Part shown: piece by piece, positions 1 to 14,200 of the stretch | Numbering within the stretch: position 1 is the first letter of the stretch | How the letters are laid out: each line of letters begins with the position of its first letter | Origin: Paecilomyces variotii | Lineage: Eukaryota | Assembly: GCA_004022145.1 (NCBI GenBank) | Contig: RCNU01000001.1 | Reading direction: 5' to 3' (one strand) | Length of the DNA stretch: 64,000 bases | The notes under the pieces: model-generated | The model's database searches: none | What the model was told of the DNA's origin: nothing | The model's input: the letters and a program-made list of their open reading frames with translations, nothing else | Translations under genes and position numbers: made by a program

Positions 1-626
1 GTCCCCCAGGGTTTGTTTCCTTTCCATTTCCATTGAAGTGGCCTCCGTCTGAATTCTGCAATGACATGGTGGGAATTGCGCAGTACGGGAACTATCTCTT
101 CTGTTTCGTCACGAATAAGGGGGGGGCACAGATATCACGCAGTGGAAGAGGTCTGGGATCGCACATCTTCTGCTCCCTGAGAGCACCAGGGAACATACGT
201 GCTATATAAGCAAGTACCTCTAAGCAGGGAATGCTATCATCGCTCCCATTTCCGTACGCCCACATACTACCTCTACGATCTCTGTCCGGGGGCCATGGGG
301 AAGGAATCTGGGAACATGCGGGGTGGTAGAGTCTGGTCCCCCACCTCCGCAACGTTTCGATGATGCTATATAGTTCCGTTCTAGTAGGTCGTAGATGGAA
401 CTTATATTTCTAGTCTTTCTGGGGACGAATCACATGGGCTTCCTCACGAGCGGTCATATCCTTGGGAAAGCCTTGGAACGTTCCCTAAAGCTGGTAATCA
501 CTTAATCCGTCTTTTTATCTGGAAAACAATCGAATTGGATGAACGGTTCCTGTTTCTGATAGGTCTGCAGGGTGCAGCGTCAGCTTATCGGAAATGACGG
601 AAGATCTCCAATGACTTATTAGGTCC

Positions 627-642
627 GGGGGGGGGGGGGGGG
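627..642 (+). repeat. G16 homopolymer
   Basis: Run of 16 G in intergenic DNA. Confidence 0.9.
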
Positions 643-1961
643 ATTCTGGGGTTTAGTACTGATGTGATTGAACGCATACAAAGACTCTATCTTCATCTAG
701 GCATCTTAAACATCTATGGACTAACCAGCTGCTGAGAACTATTTTTCGCAAGTGAATTCTACTCCATAGAAGAGAATTGTCAAAGGAACCATCCTACATG
801 AACACGACCCTCTGTCTATATACTATCCTCCATTACGTATCATCCCAGCCATCTCCGCTCAAACGAAGAAGAAAACGACATCCTTCGCTCTCGCGTCATC
901 TTATCCGAGTCGACCGCTCTCGGCTCCATCCGCATCTAATAAGATTGCATGAGTTTCTCCACCGGGTACTGGTGTCGCCACGCAGCGGGAACGCCAGCCG
1001 AAGTGGACATCTTCATTCTGTATTACAGTATCAGGTATGGGGATCTACATCGTGATTGACGTTTCTGCGGGTTTCGATCTACCCCGCATCGACCTTGCAG
1101 GATCTTAATCTTATATGTCTGGGGATGGCGCATGGTAAGGCTATCTAGTCTGGAGTATGGAGTGATATCAAGTAAGAGGAAATCTGTAACCTCTTTTCGT
1201 TTGACAACCTTCAGTGATATACTACCATACGAACCCCGAGTGGTCGTCCCATCTCAATAATACATAACAGCTCGTCTGTTGGTGCTAGATAGTCGAATAG
1301 ACGATATATACGGAGTAATAACGCTACTAATAAACGATTAATGCAACAAATCTCCTACTAATCGTGCACTATTATTCCCAAAGCGTCCATCTAGTCTGAC
1401 AAGAGCTCCCATATTTTCCGGCTTTTCCGGTTGGACTCGAGTCCCAGAAATGGAGCAGGTGTAAAATATTCAGCATATCAGTTGATCGCCACAGAGCTCT
1501 CGCGAGACATGGCAGCTTCCTTGGGTATGTCATTTACTGCTACCGTCGTTAGGATTCTGACGTGAACAAGATAATTTCTTTCCATGGTTCGCTCCCAAGA
1601 GCGGGATACAGAGATAAAAGCTTATTCTTGATCCCGCTCCAGATAAATCATCATTTCATTCAAGAATTCTTTCAATGTGAGATTCAAACATAAGTGCACG
1701 GATAAATAGTCTGAAAAGAGCATAGATTATATGTATAGTCCTATGTTTCTGCATGATTCCTCGAAGACATAAATTTTCTCATAAGCAATGCAGATTGGTT
1801 CTCTATGCATGAATAATAACGATATAAATAAAAAAAAAAACAACTGAACTCCGAAATAAACAAATAATCTCCGCTCCTTTGAATGGTCCCTCTTTCCCGG
1901 TTATATTTTATATCCACAGAAAGTGATGGATGGTGATGCCTATTGGTTCAGAAATTTACTC

Positions 1962-3763
1962 TTACTCCATTTCGATGGTAGCAGGGGGCTTCTGAGAGTA
2001 ATCGTACGCAACTCTGCAAACGCCGTGCACTTCGTTAATGATGCGCGTCGAGGCCTTGGTGAGGAACTCGTGGCTGAAGGGGTAAGGAATGGCAGTCATG
2101 AAATCGGTCGTGCACACGGCGCGCAGGATGACAATGTGGCCGTACACACGCTTGTCGCCCATGACACCGACGGCCTTCGACAGGTCCAGAGCGGCATAGG
2201 CCTGGGCGATCTCGTCGTAGAGACCAGCCTCGCGGATCATCGAGATGAAGATGTGGTCGGCCTCACGGGCCATGCGGACCTTCTCCTTGGTCACTTCGCC
2301 AAGCACGCGAATGGCGAGGCCGGGACCGGGGAAGGGGTGTCTGCCAACAAGCTCAGGAGAGATACCGAGCTGTCTGCCCAGTTCTCGGACCTCGTCCTTG
2401 AACAGCTCGCGCAGAGGCTCAATCAGCTTGAGACCCTGGCCCTCTGTCATCCGCTTGGGCAGACCACCGACGTTGTGGTGCGTTTTGATGCTGGTACGAA
2501 TCAGCAACTATCTCTCAACCAAACAAATGCAGTTACACTCACGTCGCACTAGGACCCTTGAAGCTCAGACTTTCAATAACATCAGGGTAGAGAGTTCCCT
2601 GCAAGAACCACTGGATCTTTCCAGAGTTCTGCGCCTCGAGCTTCTTGACCTCCTCCTCAAAGACATCGATGAACTTTCCACCGATGAACTTCCTCTTGGC
2701 CTCGGGGTCTTCAACACCCTTCAGGCCCTCCAGGAACTGGTCACCGGCATCGGCCACCACGAGGTTGATACCGAGCTCTTCACTCAGAGTCTTCTTGACC
2801 TGCTCGCACTCGTTCAGACGCATGCATCCATTGTCGACCAGCACAGCATGGAAGCGATCGCCAATAGCCTCCTTCATCAGCTTAGCAGCAACAGTAGAGT
2901 CAACACCACCGCTAACGGCACCGAGGACCTGACCCTCAGGACCAACCAGGCTGCGGATCTTGTTGATCTCCTGACCGATAAACTCAGCCATAGTCCAATT
3001 CTGCCTGGCGCCGCAGATGCCAACCGCGAAGTTCTTGAGCAGCTGAGTACCGTGCGTGGTGTGGGTGACCTCGGGGTGGAACTGCACACCGTACACGGGC
3101 TTGGTGTCATGGACAATGGCAGCGAACTCGGAGTTCTGCGTGGTACCAACGACGTGGAATCCCTCGGGCAGCTTAGACAGCTTGTCACCGTGGGACATCC
3201 ACACGGTCATATCACCAGCAATACCTTCGAACAGGGGGTCGACCTTGGCACCGAATCTGGTGGCCTTCAGGTCAGCATGGCCATATTCTCTCTTGACACC
3301 AGCGACGACGTTGGTCTTGTCCAATCGGTAGGCGATCTCCTGCAGTCCGTAGCAGATTCCCAGGATGGGGACACCGAGTTCGAAGAAAGCCGGGTCGACG
3401 TGCGGGGCGTTCTCCTCGTAGACGGAGTACGGGCCGCCAGACAGGATGATACCAGATGGCTTCCATCCCAGATCGGCCAGCTTTTGGGTGCAGGGCAGCA
3501 TTTCAGAGTAGACATTGATCTCACGGAGCCTTCTGGTCAGAAGGTGAGTACTATGAAAGATCAGTGAGTCAGAGCATGTCACGAAGGAGTCGTATGAAGT
3601 CCAGCCAGCCGCATTTGAAGTAAATCGCATAAATAAATCACCCAGATAGGATAGCAAAATCACCCAGAGAGGAAACATACTACTGCGACCCAAAATCCAG
3701 CGTCAAGATCGTATCGAAAGTCTCGTGAGGCGCGGCCTCAGCATTGTTAGTAGCAGCAGCCAT
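1962..3763 (-). CDS. GUA1: GMP synthase (glutamine-hydrolysing); exons 3763-3681, 3550-2543, 2490-1962
   Basis: Class I GATase motifs [15 protein letters not shown] and QFHPEV; ATP-PPase [29 protein letters not shown] and C-terminal [13 protein letters not shown] introns keep the frame. Confidence 0.97.
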
Positions 3764-4425
3764 GACGAAGGGAGTTATGACCGGGAAAGATAAACCGTCA
3801 CTTTCTTTTTTTTCAAAATTGGGAAAACGAAATCGTACTCTGACGAACGAGTGCGGAACTCAAGTCTCGGTATCTAATCTAGACTGCAAGACCAGCCAGC
3901 CTCAGGACGTCAAAAGAACGAATTTCACGACGGATATCTTCTTCCCCCGCAATTCTCAAAGGAAAGATTTTCCTGCCAAAAATTATCGGGAGCGGGACGC
4001 TTTTCTGCCGCTTCGCTAGGCTCCTTTGGGCAGTGCCCCTCATCAGGTTGCTTCACCGCCCACATGATCGTCTGTCCGCTTTCGGAGTATCGCGTAAGCA
4101 GTGATGATTGGCTGGATTTATCTAGTTGTAGATCTGAATCATGCTATCTTGAGCCGACAATGCTCGTGATATACAGGGATAGGAAGTACATCTGACTCGA
4201 GTCCCTGATACTATATTTATCTTGTATTCCATCATATACTCCACATAACCAGAACAAGTTCATCAAACAATAAATAATCATCTACAAATAACCACAGCCA
4301 CGCGAATGCAAACGACGCCGCTAAAGACAAGACCAGATTAAAACGCAAAAGCAAACTCAGAGAAGCAATGCAATGCATATTTCCAAATCAGCCCATCAAA
4401 TATCCATTCCAAGCTGCCCACTCAC

Positions 4426-5626
4426 TCAGCTATCCATCCCATCCACCCAGAAAGAATAATCATATCGCTCGCGCAACACATGCTGTTCCTCGCCTGCGGA
4501 AGGAAGAAAGAAACAAGCAACGGGTCCAAGGGAAAGATGGCTGCCCGATTCTTCTGTCATCAGAGCGCTGAATGCAGGGTCCTTGTACATTGCTTCATCG
4601 TAGATCTGATGAGGGGGCGGAATTGCAGTCGTAGGTCGTCTGGGGCTGGTCGGGTCAGCCAGGGGGGACGACGCTGATGTAGACGACGACGACGACGAAA
4701 GGTGGAAATGACTAATCGGACGTAGGACGATAGACACCACCCAAGACGCTGTTGCAGCCGCGAGAGCAAGAGAGACAACGGTTAGCGGAAATGTTTTTGT
4801 CAAAACTTGAGGAACGGGAAGTTTAAGGCGGGTTGTTGCTGCTGACGACGGGGGCATGGCAGCGCGAGCAGGCAGTCGACGGGGACGTGGGTAGGAACGG
4901 TGACGGCGAAGAGCAGTAGTTTGTGATAGAGGAGCGAGAAAGGGAAAAGGCGATGGATATGGATATGGATATGCCATGGTGGTCATGGTTCGTCTCTGGG
5001 CATTCTGCCTCATCCGCATCGCTAGAGCTGCCATGGGAGATGGCGATTGCGTTCTTGAGATAGGAACTCTGACGGGCTCCAAGATCGGTCTCGTATGTGG
5101 TTGGAGATTCATCTTGCTTTCCTCCCTCGCTGCCGCTGCCGTTGCCATCATCATCGTCGCCCACGCCCGCATCTGCCGCCAGCTAGACCCTTCGATTTCG
5201 GTTGTCAAACTGAAAACGAATGTTCATCCGTGATCATTTGCAGAAAACCAAACAATAGATGGGTAAAACTTTGCCTTTTGTGAAGACAAGAAATCGTCAA
5301 AAGAAAAAGAAAAAACAAGGCCTACTTACATCCTATTATAAAGCCATGAGAAGAAACCCGGCCTCTCATCCGGGGCTCGTTTCGCCCATCCACCCTCGAC
5401 ATTGTAGTGTTTCGCGTCCTGAAGACCCGCGAACATGCCACGACCACCTGTGGGATGCTACATGCCAACAACACCATATTAGTTTCAGATACGTATCAAA
5501 TCAACATTGGTACGAGCGAGAACATACTCTATAGGTCTTGGACTGATCCTTCACCCAGAGATCAGCTCCAAACTCATTCTGTCGTTTCGCAGACTTTGCT
5601 GCGGTTTGTGCCGTCCGGGATGCCAT
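4426..5626 (-). CDS. Hypothetical protein, three exons (5626-5528, 5457-5330, 5209-4426), about 336 aa; 76 aa if intron 2 is retained
   Basis: ATG at 5626. Consensus introns GTATGT..CTAAT..TAG and GTAAGT..CAG join MASRTAQ..WVKDQSKTYR and HPTGGRGMFAGLQDAKHYN..PGFFSWLYNR in frame to the 260-aa ORF. Confidence 0.6.
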
Positions 5627-7636
5627 GTGTGCCGGTTGTTTCAAGTCGATCTCCGACTTGTGTGTGTGTATGTGTGTGAGGTAATATCTTCTTTATAGAG
5701 AGATGAGGTAGTTGTATACACCCGATAGTGAACTAACTTGATGATGATAATCAAATAGACAATTGTCTCTGATGAATAGGTACCAGAAGGAAAAGAACAT
5801 CATGGGGTATATATATACTATATACTCATTCATCCGTATATACGGTCCATACATACATTCAGTCAATCTGGCATGACATGGATAGGCAGAACACATGGCC
5901 AGAGCTCGACCACACCACCGGGTGATGCATGAAGCCGAGATACAACATGACGATAGACAGGCACGATCAGGCACCGCAGAGCGGTATACTCCGTACTACG
6001 TAGATAGTTAGTAGAAGTCTTCAACCGCAGACATGTCAGGTCAGTGAACAAGAACAAGAAGAGGCTCAATACGTACCATACCATAGTCTCCTGACTCGGA
6101 TGGTCGAATCACAATGGCCCCGATTATTGTTCAGTCGGTGGAGGAAGAGGAAAGCGAACCAATAATCCATCTTCCCCAAATCATCCAACGAACAAAATAC
6201 GGGGGAAACCAACCCATCAGAAAAGACGGAATAGAGCTGGGCTGAGCTTCGCGTAGGGAAAAACCGGGAGAGTAGCGCAGAGAAGTCAACTAAGAACCGA
6301 AGTGGTCTGATCGACGCCTCAGGGCTGGGAAGCCGAAATCCAATCAATCAACTAGTTCAATTTTTCTAATTATTGATTCTCGGCTTGCCGGTCGAACAAC
6401 GACGATCCGAAAAGGTCCCTGCGTTCGGGTGTCCCCCGCATGTCACTCAGAAGGAGAATTAACTACCTAATGGATCCTGTTAAGTTACATATTATTAATA
6501 GATGGAGTATTATTAACTACATAGTAACTATCTCAAATGTCGAATAATCACAATCATATCTCATGGAAAGGAAATTATATAGACAAGCAGAAAAAATAGA
6601 ACAGGAATAAGACCGAGACGCCATCGACGGAGCTTGATCTCTCTTTCCCGGCCAAAAAGTTGAAATGGTAACGCCACTCTGGCACGTCAGAATCGTCCTC
6701 GCGTCAGGCTGACTTTGTCCTTAATCGATCATGAGAGTCATGACATCCAATTGACATTGACTACCTCGGTATTATTATGTAGTTACTGGCAGATATGGAG
6801 CCTAGCGCCCGCTTCGGAGGCTGCCGATGACCGCTTCGCTCACTCATGACTGACAAGTTCAAATGGAACGGGATAGCCAAGTTAGTAGTGAGATGGGAGT
6901 TCGTCTGCCCACGACATGAACATAACACACTCTTTGTACGTGTTCTTACTTCGGAGCCGGATTACATTCGCATGTTATCACTCATTTAAGAAATCATTCA
7001 TATGTACTCACTCAGCTAGGTAGTTATATCAGTAATAGTGTCTCGGGAGGAACGGAACGGACCAATGTCCCGTCCTGCTGTATGCTTATGCTTGCGGGTA
7101 AAATCAACCGTGCTAGTTAGTTACTGTGTCAATATCAATAATAACTAAGCTGGAAAATGACTCCGCTGATTCGATAAAATGTATTATTATTCCCTTCTGT
7201 TTCGCTGGAAGCTTCCCAGTTTCGTAGGTATGCTTTTCCGTATCTGGCAGATCCTTCCGACGCGGGGTTCGACGTCTGTATGGATGATGATGATGGATTG
7301 AGAATATCCAAAACATCAGATTGGAATCTGATTCTTGTTGGGGAGGAGATATGGTTTACGAACGTAATTTGGGAAGGATGTCATATTCCCAAGGCTGAAA
7401 TCATGTCTGTTTGCGTGTCACGACAAGCATTCATTCAACTGGATATCCAAAAAGAAAATGCAATGAAATTTTCTAGTTCCATACGACGGCGGAACAGAAA
7501 AGACCGATGGCTTTGAAATCTACGCTAGAGATCTCGATCATAACTCAAAAAAAAAAAAAAAAAGAATTGTATAGTATACATGCCCAAACTCATGCACTCG
7601 CTTTCCCAGAACTAGAACCAAAACCCAGCCAAGACT

Positions 7637-9494
<1,858 letters not shown>

Positions 9495-10007
9495 GATGGT
9501 TCACAACGACTCCACACGAGTACTGGAGGGGAGATGGTCAGAACCAGAAGAAGAAGAGAAAAGAATCAGAGGATATGGAGGAAGAGAGAGAGGCAGGACA
9601 GAGAGGGGGGCGCAAGAAAAAGGAAAAAAGGGAGCAAATCCCCACGGGCAGATTGAAAAAAAAGGTGGAGATGGCCGAACGAAGGCGGATGGGAGGGGAG
9701 CGGGAATCCGGGAGCAGCAGGTAGTTGATTTTAGTCCGTATTGGTAGATAGTAGATAATTAATTAATTACCGTATTGTATAGATTCATAAATAATTAGAT
9801 TAGTCTAGAATAATAAATATTAATTAAATTGACTTGAATAATAATTGGTAAAAATAAAAGCTGGTTCCATATATAACTACCATATGATCCTATCATGGAC
9901 TCAACGCGACTCAATTCGACATCATACTATTATATCACCCCCCCTTCCCTTCTTCCCTTTCATCTCTCTCTCTCTCTGCCCCTCTGATTCCCTCTATCTC
10001 TCCATCT

Positions 10008-10012
<5 letters not shown>

Positions 10013-10041
<29 letters not shown>
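10013..10041 (+). repeat. (CT)n microsatellite in a CT-rich tract upstream of ACH1
   Basis: About 14 CT units, preceded by shorter CT runs from about 9963. Confidence 0.85.
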
Positions 10042-10044
<3 letters not shown>

Positions 10045-11242
10045 GCAAAAACAAAAAAAACCACACAGTGACGTAAAGGCCGGCCCGGTGGAATTTCGGC
10101 CTACCAGAACGGCCGGCCGGACCCGCGGCAGATCCCCGGCTTTTGTCCTGCTCCAATCGATCGCCTTCAATTATTTATTTATGGTATTTCTCACTTGCTC
10201 TGATTTCATCCGATTTTCAATTATTGTATTATTACCCCGGAGTCTCCCAGTATATATCATTGAAGTCATCCCCCCCCCCTCCTCTGATGGGCAAAAAATA
10301 CATTACTTCGAGTCAAGTGAACACCGTCGACATTATTGCCGCCGTCCCGTGGTCCACACCGAATCCACCGGGGCGTTGGATGGAAATCGGTTCCTTCGGC
10401 TATCTTCTCTCGGACACACGGAGCTCTGCTACGGCCTTCCCGAGGATCCTGGATAGGTAGTAGTAGTAGTATCACCCTCGTTAGCTATGGTGATTATTAT
10501 TAGTTACTACTGCTTGCTACCTAGTTACATACTGCTAGTTGCATACTACTGGTGATTTTATTATTGATCACTACCCCTGAACAGCCAATGCTAGCGAAAC
10601 AATGCAGGAAGAATAATACGAGTGGCACCCTGTAGAATATAGTAATACTCATCGTATCGTACAATGGATCCCGGTTCCATCAATTTCAGAACAGAAAAGA
10701 CACATGGCGGTCAACAAAAGAAGAAAGAAGAAAACACAAGAAAAAAGAGAAAACATGCCCTAGAATACATTCGGTACATTCGGTTCGGTTCCTTACACAC
10801 AATATATGTCCTGATGCCAGAGTCCACGACTCCTTTCCAGCCCGTGTTTTCCCCAGAGCACCCCCACAACTCCCCCAGCTGTTACATGTCCCTCCACCTC
10901 CCCCCCTCTCTGCTCCTGCTCTCTCCCCAGATCAGTGGCGCCACTGTGGACCGCCCGCGGAGGGGATAACATTCTGCTGGTGGGAGACAAGGTTCAGTAC
11001 CGGACATGCAGGGGCCTCCCCCAGCCTCGCACGACGGTCCTAAACCTCCCACAGCCGGCGGGATCAATCAACTCCTGGTCCAAGTCCCCGTTGGAAGAAC
11101 ACAAGAAAAAGGATAACAAAAGGAGAGGCACAAAGAAAATAGGAAGAATGCATGATACATGGCGGTATTATGGTGCAAATCAAAAGCAACCCTCGTATGA
11201 TCCAGATAAAGTCACGTGAACGCCCTACTATGGCCCCAACCG

Positions 11243-14200
11243 TCACTCCTTGCTCTCCGACGCTGATGGCTGCTCGGCATCAGCCATCTCAGTGTCTTCC
11301 TTCTCCTTCGGCTGCGCTTCCTCCGGCTTCTCCGCGCCAGCAGACTCGCCAGCGTCGGGCCCCTGGATCCACGAACGGAAGCGCTGGTTCGATTCGTCCA
11401 CCTCGTCCTTGCTCAGCCCGTGCGCCCAGCTGGGGTTGTTGACAAACTTCTCCATGAACCGGTCCCGACGGCGCTCCTTGACGGCCGCTTCCCCTCGCGC
11501 TTTCTCTTCCGCCGACTCGTGAGTGCGCGCCGGTGGACGCCACCACCAGTCGTAGCTACCGGGCTCGTACAGGATGTGGTAGCTGTTGGCGCAGATGCGA
11601 ATCACAAGGCCATCGTGGTTGACCAGACGACGGTAGTACTGGTTGTATTCCTCGTCCTGCTCCATCTTGGGCGGAAGGTTGCGCTTAAGCAACGGCATAC
11701 GCATCTGAGAGAACGGAACCCCTTCGGTCGGATCGCGCATCGTGTAGGCGGAAACGTAGTACGACCAGCGTGCCTCCTGGCTGAGCTCTTCGTTCTCCAG
11801 CGTGCTGTCTTCGGCCGTCATGAGCTGAATCTTCGCGTGCTGGGTAGCAGGGTCCTATAGGGTTTGCGGTCAGCCATGCGCCCACGGGAAGGATCGGTGA
11901 GAATACTTACGTAGGTGATCCTGTAGATATCGCTATCCTTCACGAGCCTCTCCACCTGCTTGCGGTACTGAATCTCCTGGTTGTGTGTCGTCTCCTCCCG
12001 GTCTCGCTCCTTAAAGAACAGGTTGATGATGTCGACACTCTTATCCTTGGGATCGCTGTTGAAAATCCCACCAGCGAATCGAGCAATACCAGCAAGCATC
12101 TTCTCCAGATTGTACAACTGGTATCCGCTCTTCAGCCAGTATCGGCGCAGAGTCTCCTCCAGGTGAGACACCTCCATGTCTCCCTTGATCACCTCCTCGC
12201 ACATGCGCACGATCTGCTGGTAGAAGTTGGCCTTCGGGTCGCAGTCATACAGTAAATCAGTAGGCAACTTGTCGATCATGCCGAGGTCATGCGCGGCCTT
12301 GGGCAGGAGTGCGCGACGGACATCCTCGTGCGCATCCTTCTCGTGAAGCTTGATGCGTAACAAGCGAGAATAGAGGATCTCGAAGGTGCGGAAGAAGCAA
12401 TAAATGTTGAGGTTGGCATACAGATGATGGACCTTCTTCCCATACGATTCATTAAGAGCGTATTCTCGCTGCTGGTTGAAGTTGCCCTGGCCAGGGTGTT
12501 CCATCCACTTGAGTTCTGCAACGTCGAACGGCTCCGTGGGATCCGGAATGGGGGTCGACGGAATCAGCACGGCATCAGGAGTTCCGTCGCGGCTAACAGA
12601 GGCACTGCCCTCCTTGTCGCCACGGTTAGATCTCTCGGTGCGACGCTCCAGGACGTCACGAAGAAGATCCAACTTCTTCCCGTTGACAGCACGCCTGCCG
12701 CGGATAGTCGAAACGTCTTCGGGAGCCACGCTCTCTTCATCGACTTCTTCCGCCGGAGACGTGTCATTGGAGACCTCGTTCATGTACATGTGGAAAGTGT
12801 CACGATCCATACCATAGAAGATGGGGATGAAGTCCTTGATAAATGCCATCACCCTCTGGGGATCAGACCCGAAGCCAGCAGAGTTGCGATCGATGAAGAT
12901 GAGTAACAAGTGAGTAGCGTCGACAATAACGGCCGGGTCCGTAAAGGCGAACTCGAACTGGTGCTTGGGCACCTGGTAGCCACTCTTGCGGAGGTTCCTG
13001 ATCTCCTCGAACTTTGCCTGGATCTCATGCTGAATGTGCTTGGCCACAAAGAGCTTCTTGTCGCTACCCCTGCTGGCGATCGCCTGGTGATCCAGACTAC
13101 GCCAGTAAGCCTTCTGCGTCTGCTCACGCCAAACTTTGTCCCACTCGCGCTGGCTAGCCTTCCACTCCTCGCACTTCTGTTTGAGGCGGAAGAGGACGAT
13201 AGGTAGAATGTGGCACGGCCTCTCGAACATGTCCTGGATGACTTTCTGTCCCCTCTGGCGATCGTAAATCTTCTTGATGACACGCTGGTAGATTGACTCG
13301 CTCTGTCCACCAAGTCCGGGAGGCAGCTTGAATGCAGCACGCTCCGCTTCCGACATGACTAGCAGTTGCTGGACAATGGGCTCAATGAGTTGGATAGTAC
13401 GGGTGCACGCTTCAATGTGATGATCATAGTCGTGTCTGTCTTCTTCAATCCGATGTAGCGCATCCTCAAACTGGTTCTTACGATGCGCAACGAAGCCAGA
13501 GTCCTCGGATTCCCAGGTCGGATGAGATGCCCACTCATCGTTAAGCACACTGTAGCACAACTGGTCGCGGCCGCTGCAAGGCTTCTGGCGCTCACGCTTG
13601 GGGAGCAGACGGTAACTTGGTCCCAGAGAACGGCAATGAGAGAGGTTGACAACGCCAGAGTCCTGCTTGGGCTTCAAATCTATGACCTTGTCCTCTGGAT
13701 CATCGATGTGCATGAAACGTTTGAACCACGACATGAGTTCTTGGTTGGAGCCGATGAACCCAGCCGCTCTCTTCACAAGAACGTTTCTGTCAATGAGATC
13801 GGTCGAGTATAGGTTGCACAGTTTGAGGAATTCGCTGAAGGTCTGCTTGTTTCCAATGAATTTCTTGACACGATCAAAGAAAGCGAACTCGTCATGGTTG
13901 GGCGTCAGTGAGAACGTAGGTGGAATTGGCTCTGGAAGAGCGGGAACAAGAGTTGGTGATACTGCAGGGGCCTCAATCTGCGTTGGCTTTGTATGATGGA
14001 CCTTGGCACGCTTGAAGAAAGGACATTAGCAAAGCGCATGGGACCTAAAACAACAAAAGACAAAATGAATTGAAAGAATGGCGCCGGTCAATTGATGGTA
14101 ACGTTCCACGTGGTGTTCAGGGGGCTGTTCGTCGCCCGCAACGAACAGCCCCTTTGCCGGCCTTCGACGAAGAGGCTGCTCATTCGGAATCGTCCTCATC

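Noticed and set aside
1-1900. Possible gene or mobile element at the window start
   Set aside because: Only short unbiased ORFs and a G16 run; nothing identifiable without flanking sequence.
1923-3567. Long plus-strand ORFs (209 and 440 aa)
   Set aside because: Antisense shadows of the strongly codon-biased GUA1 gene. The same applies to 7882-9027 (ACH1), 23936-25141 (OSM1) and 48314-48703 (ATP4).
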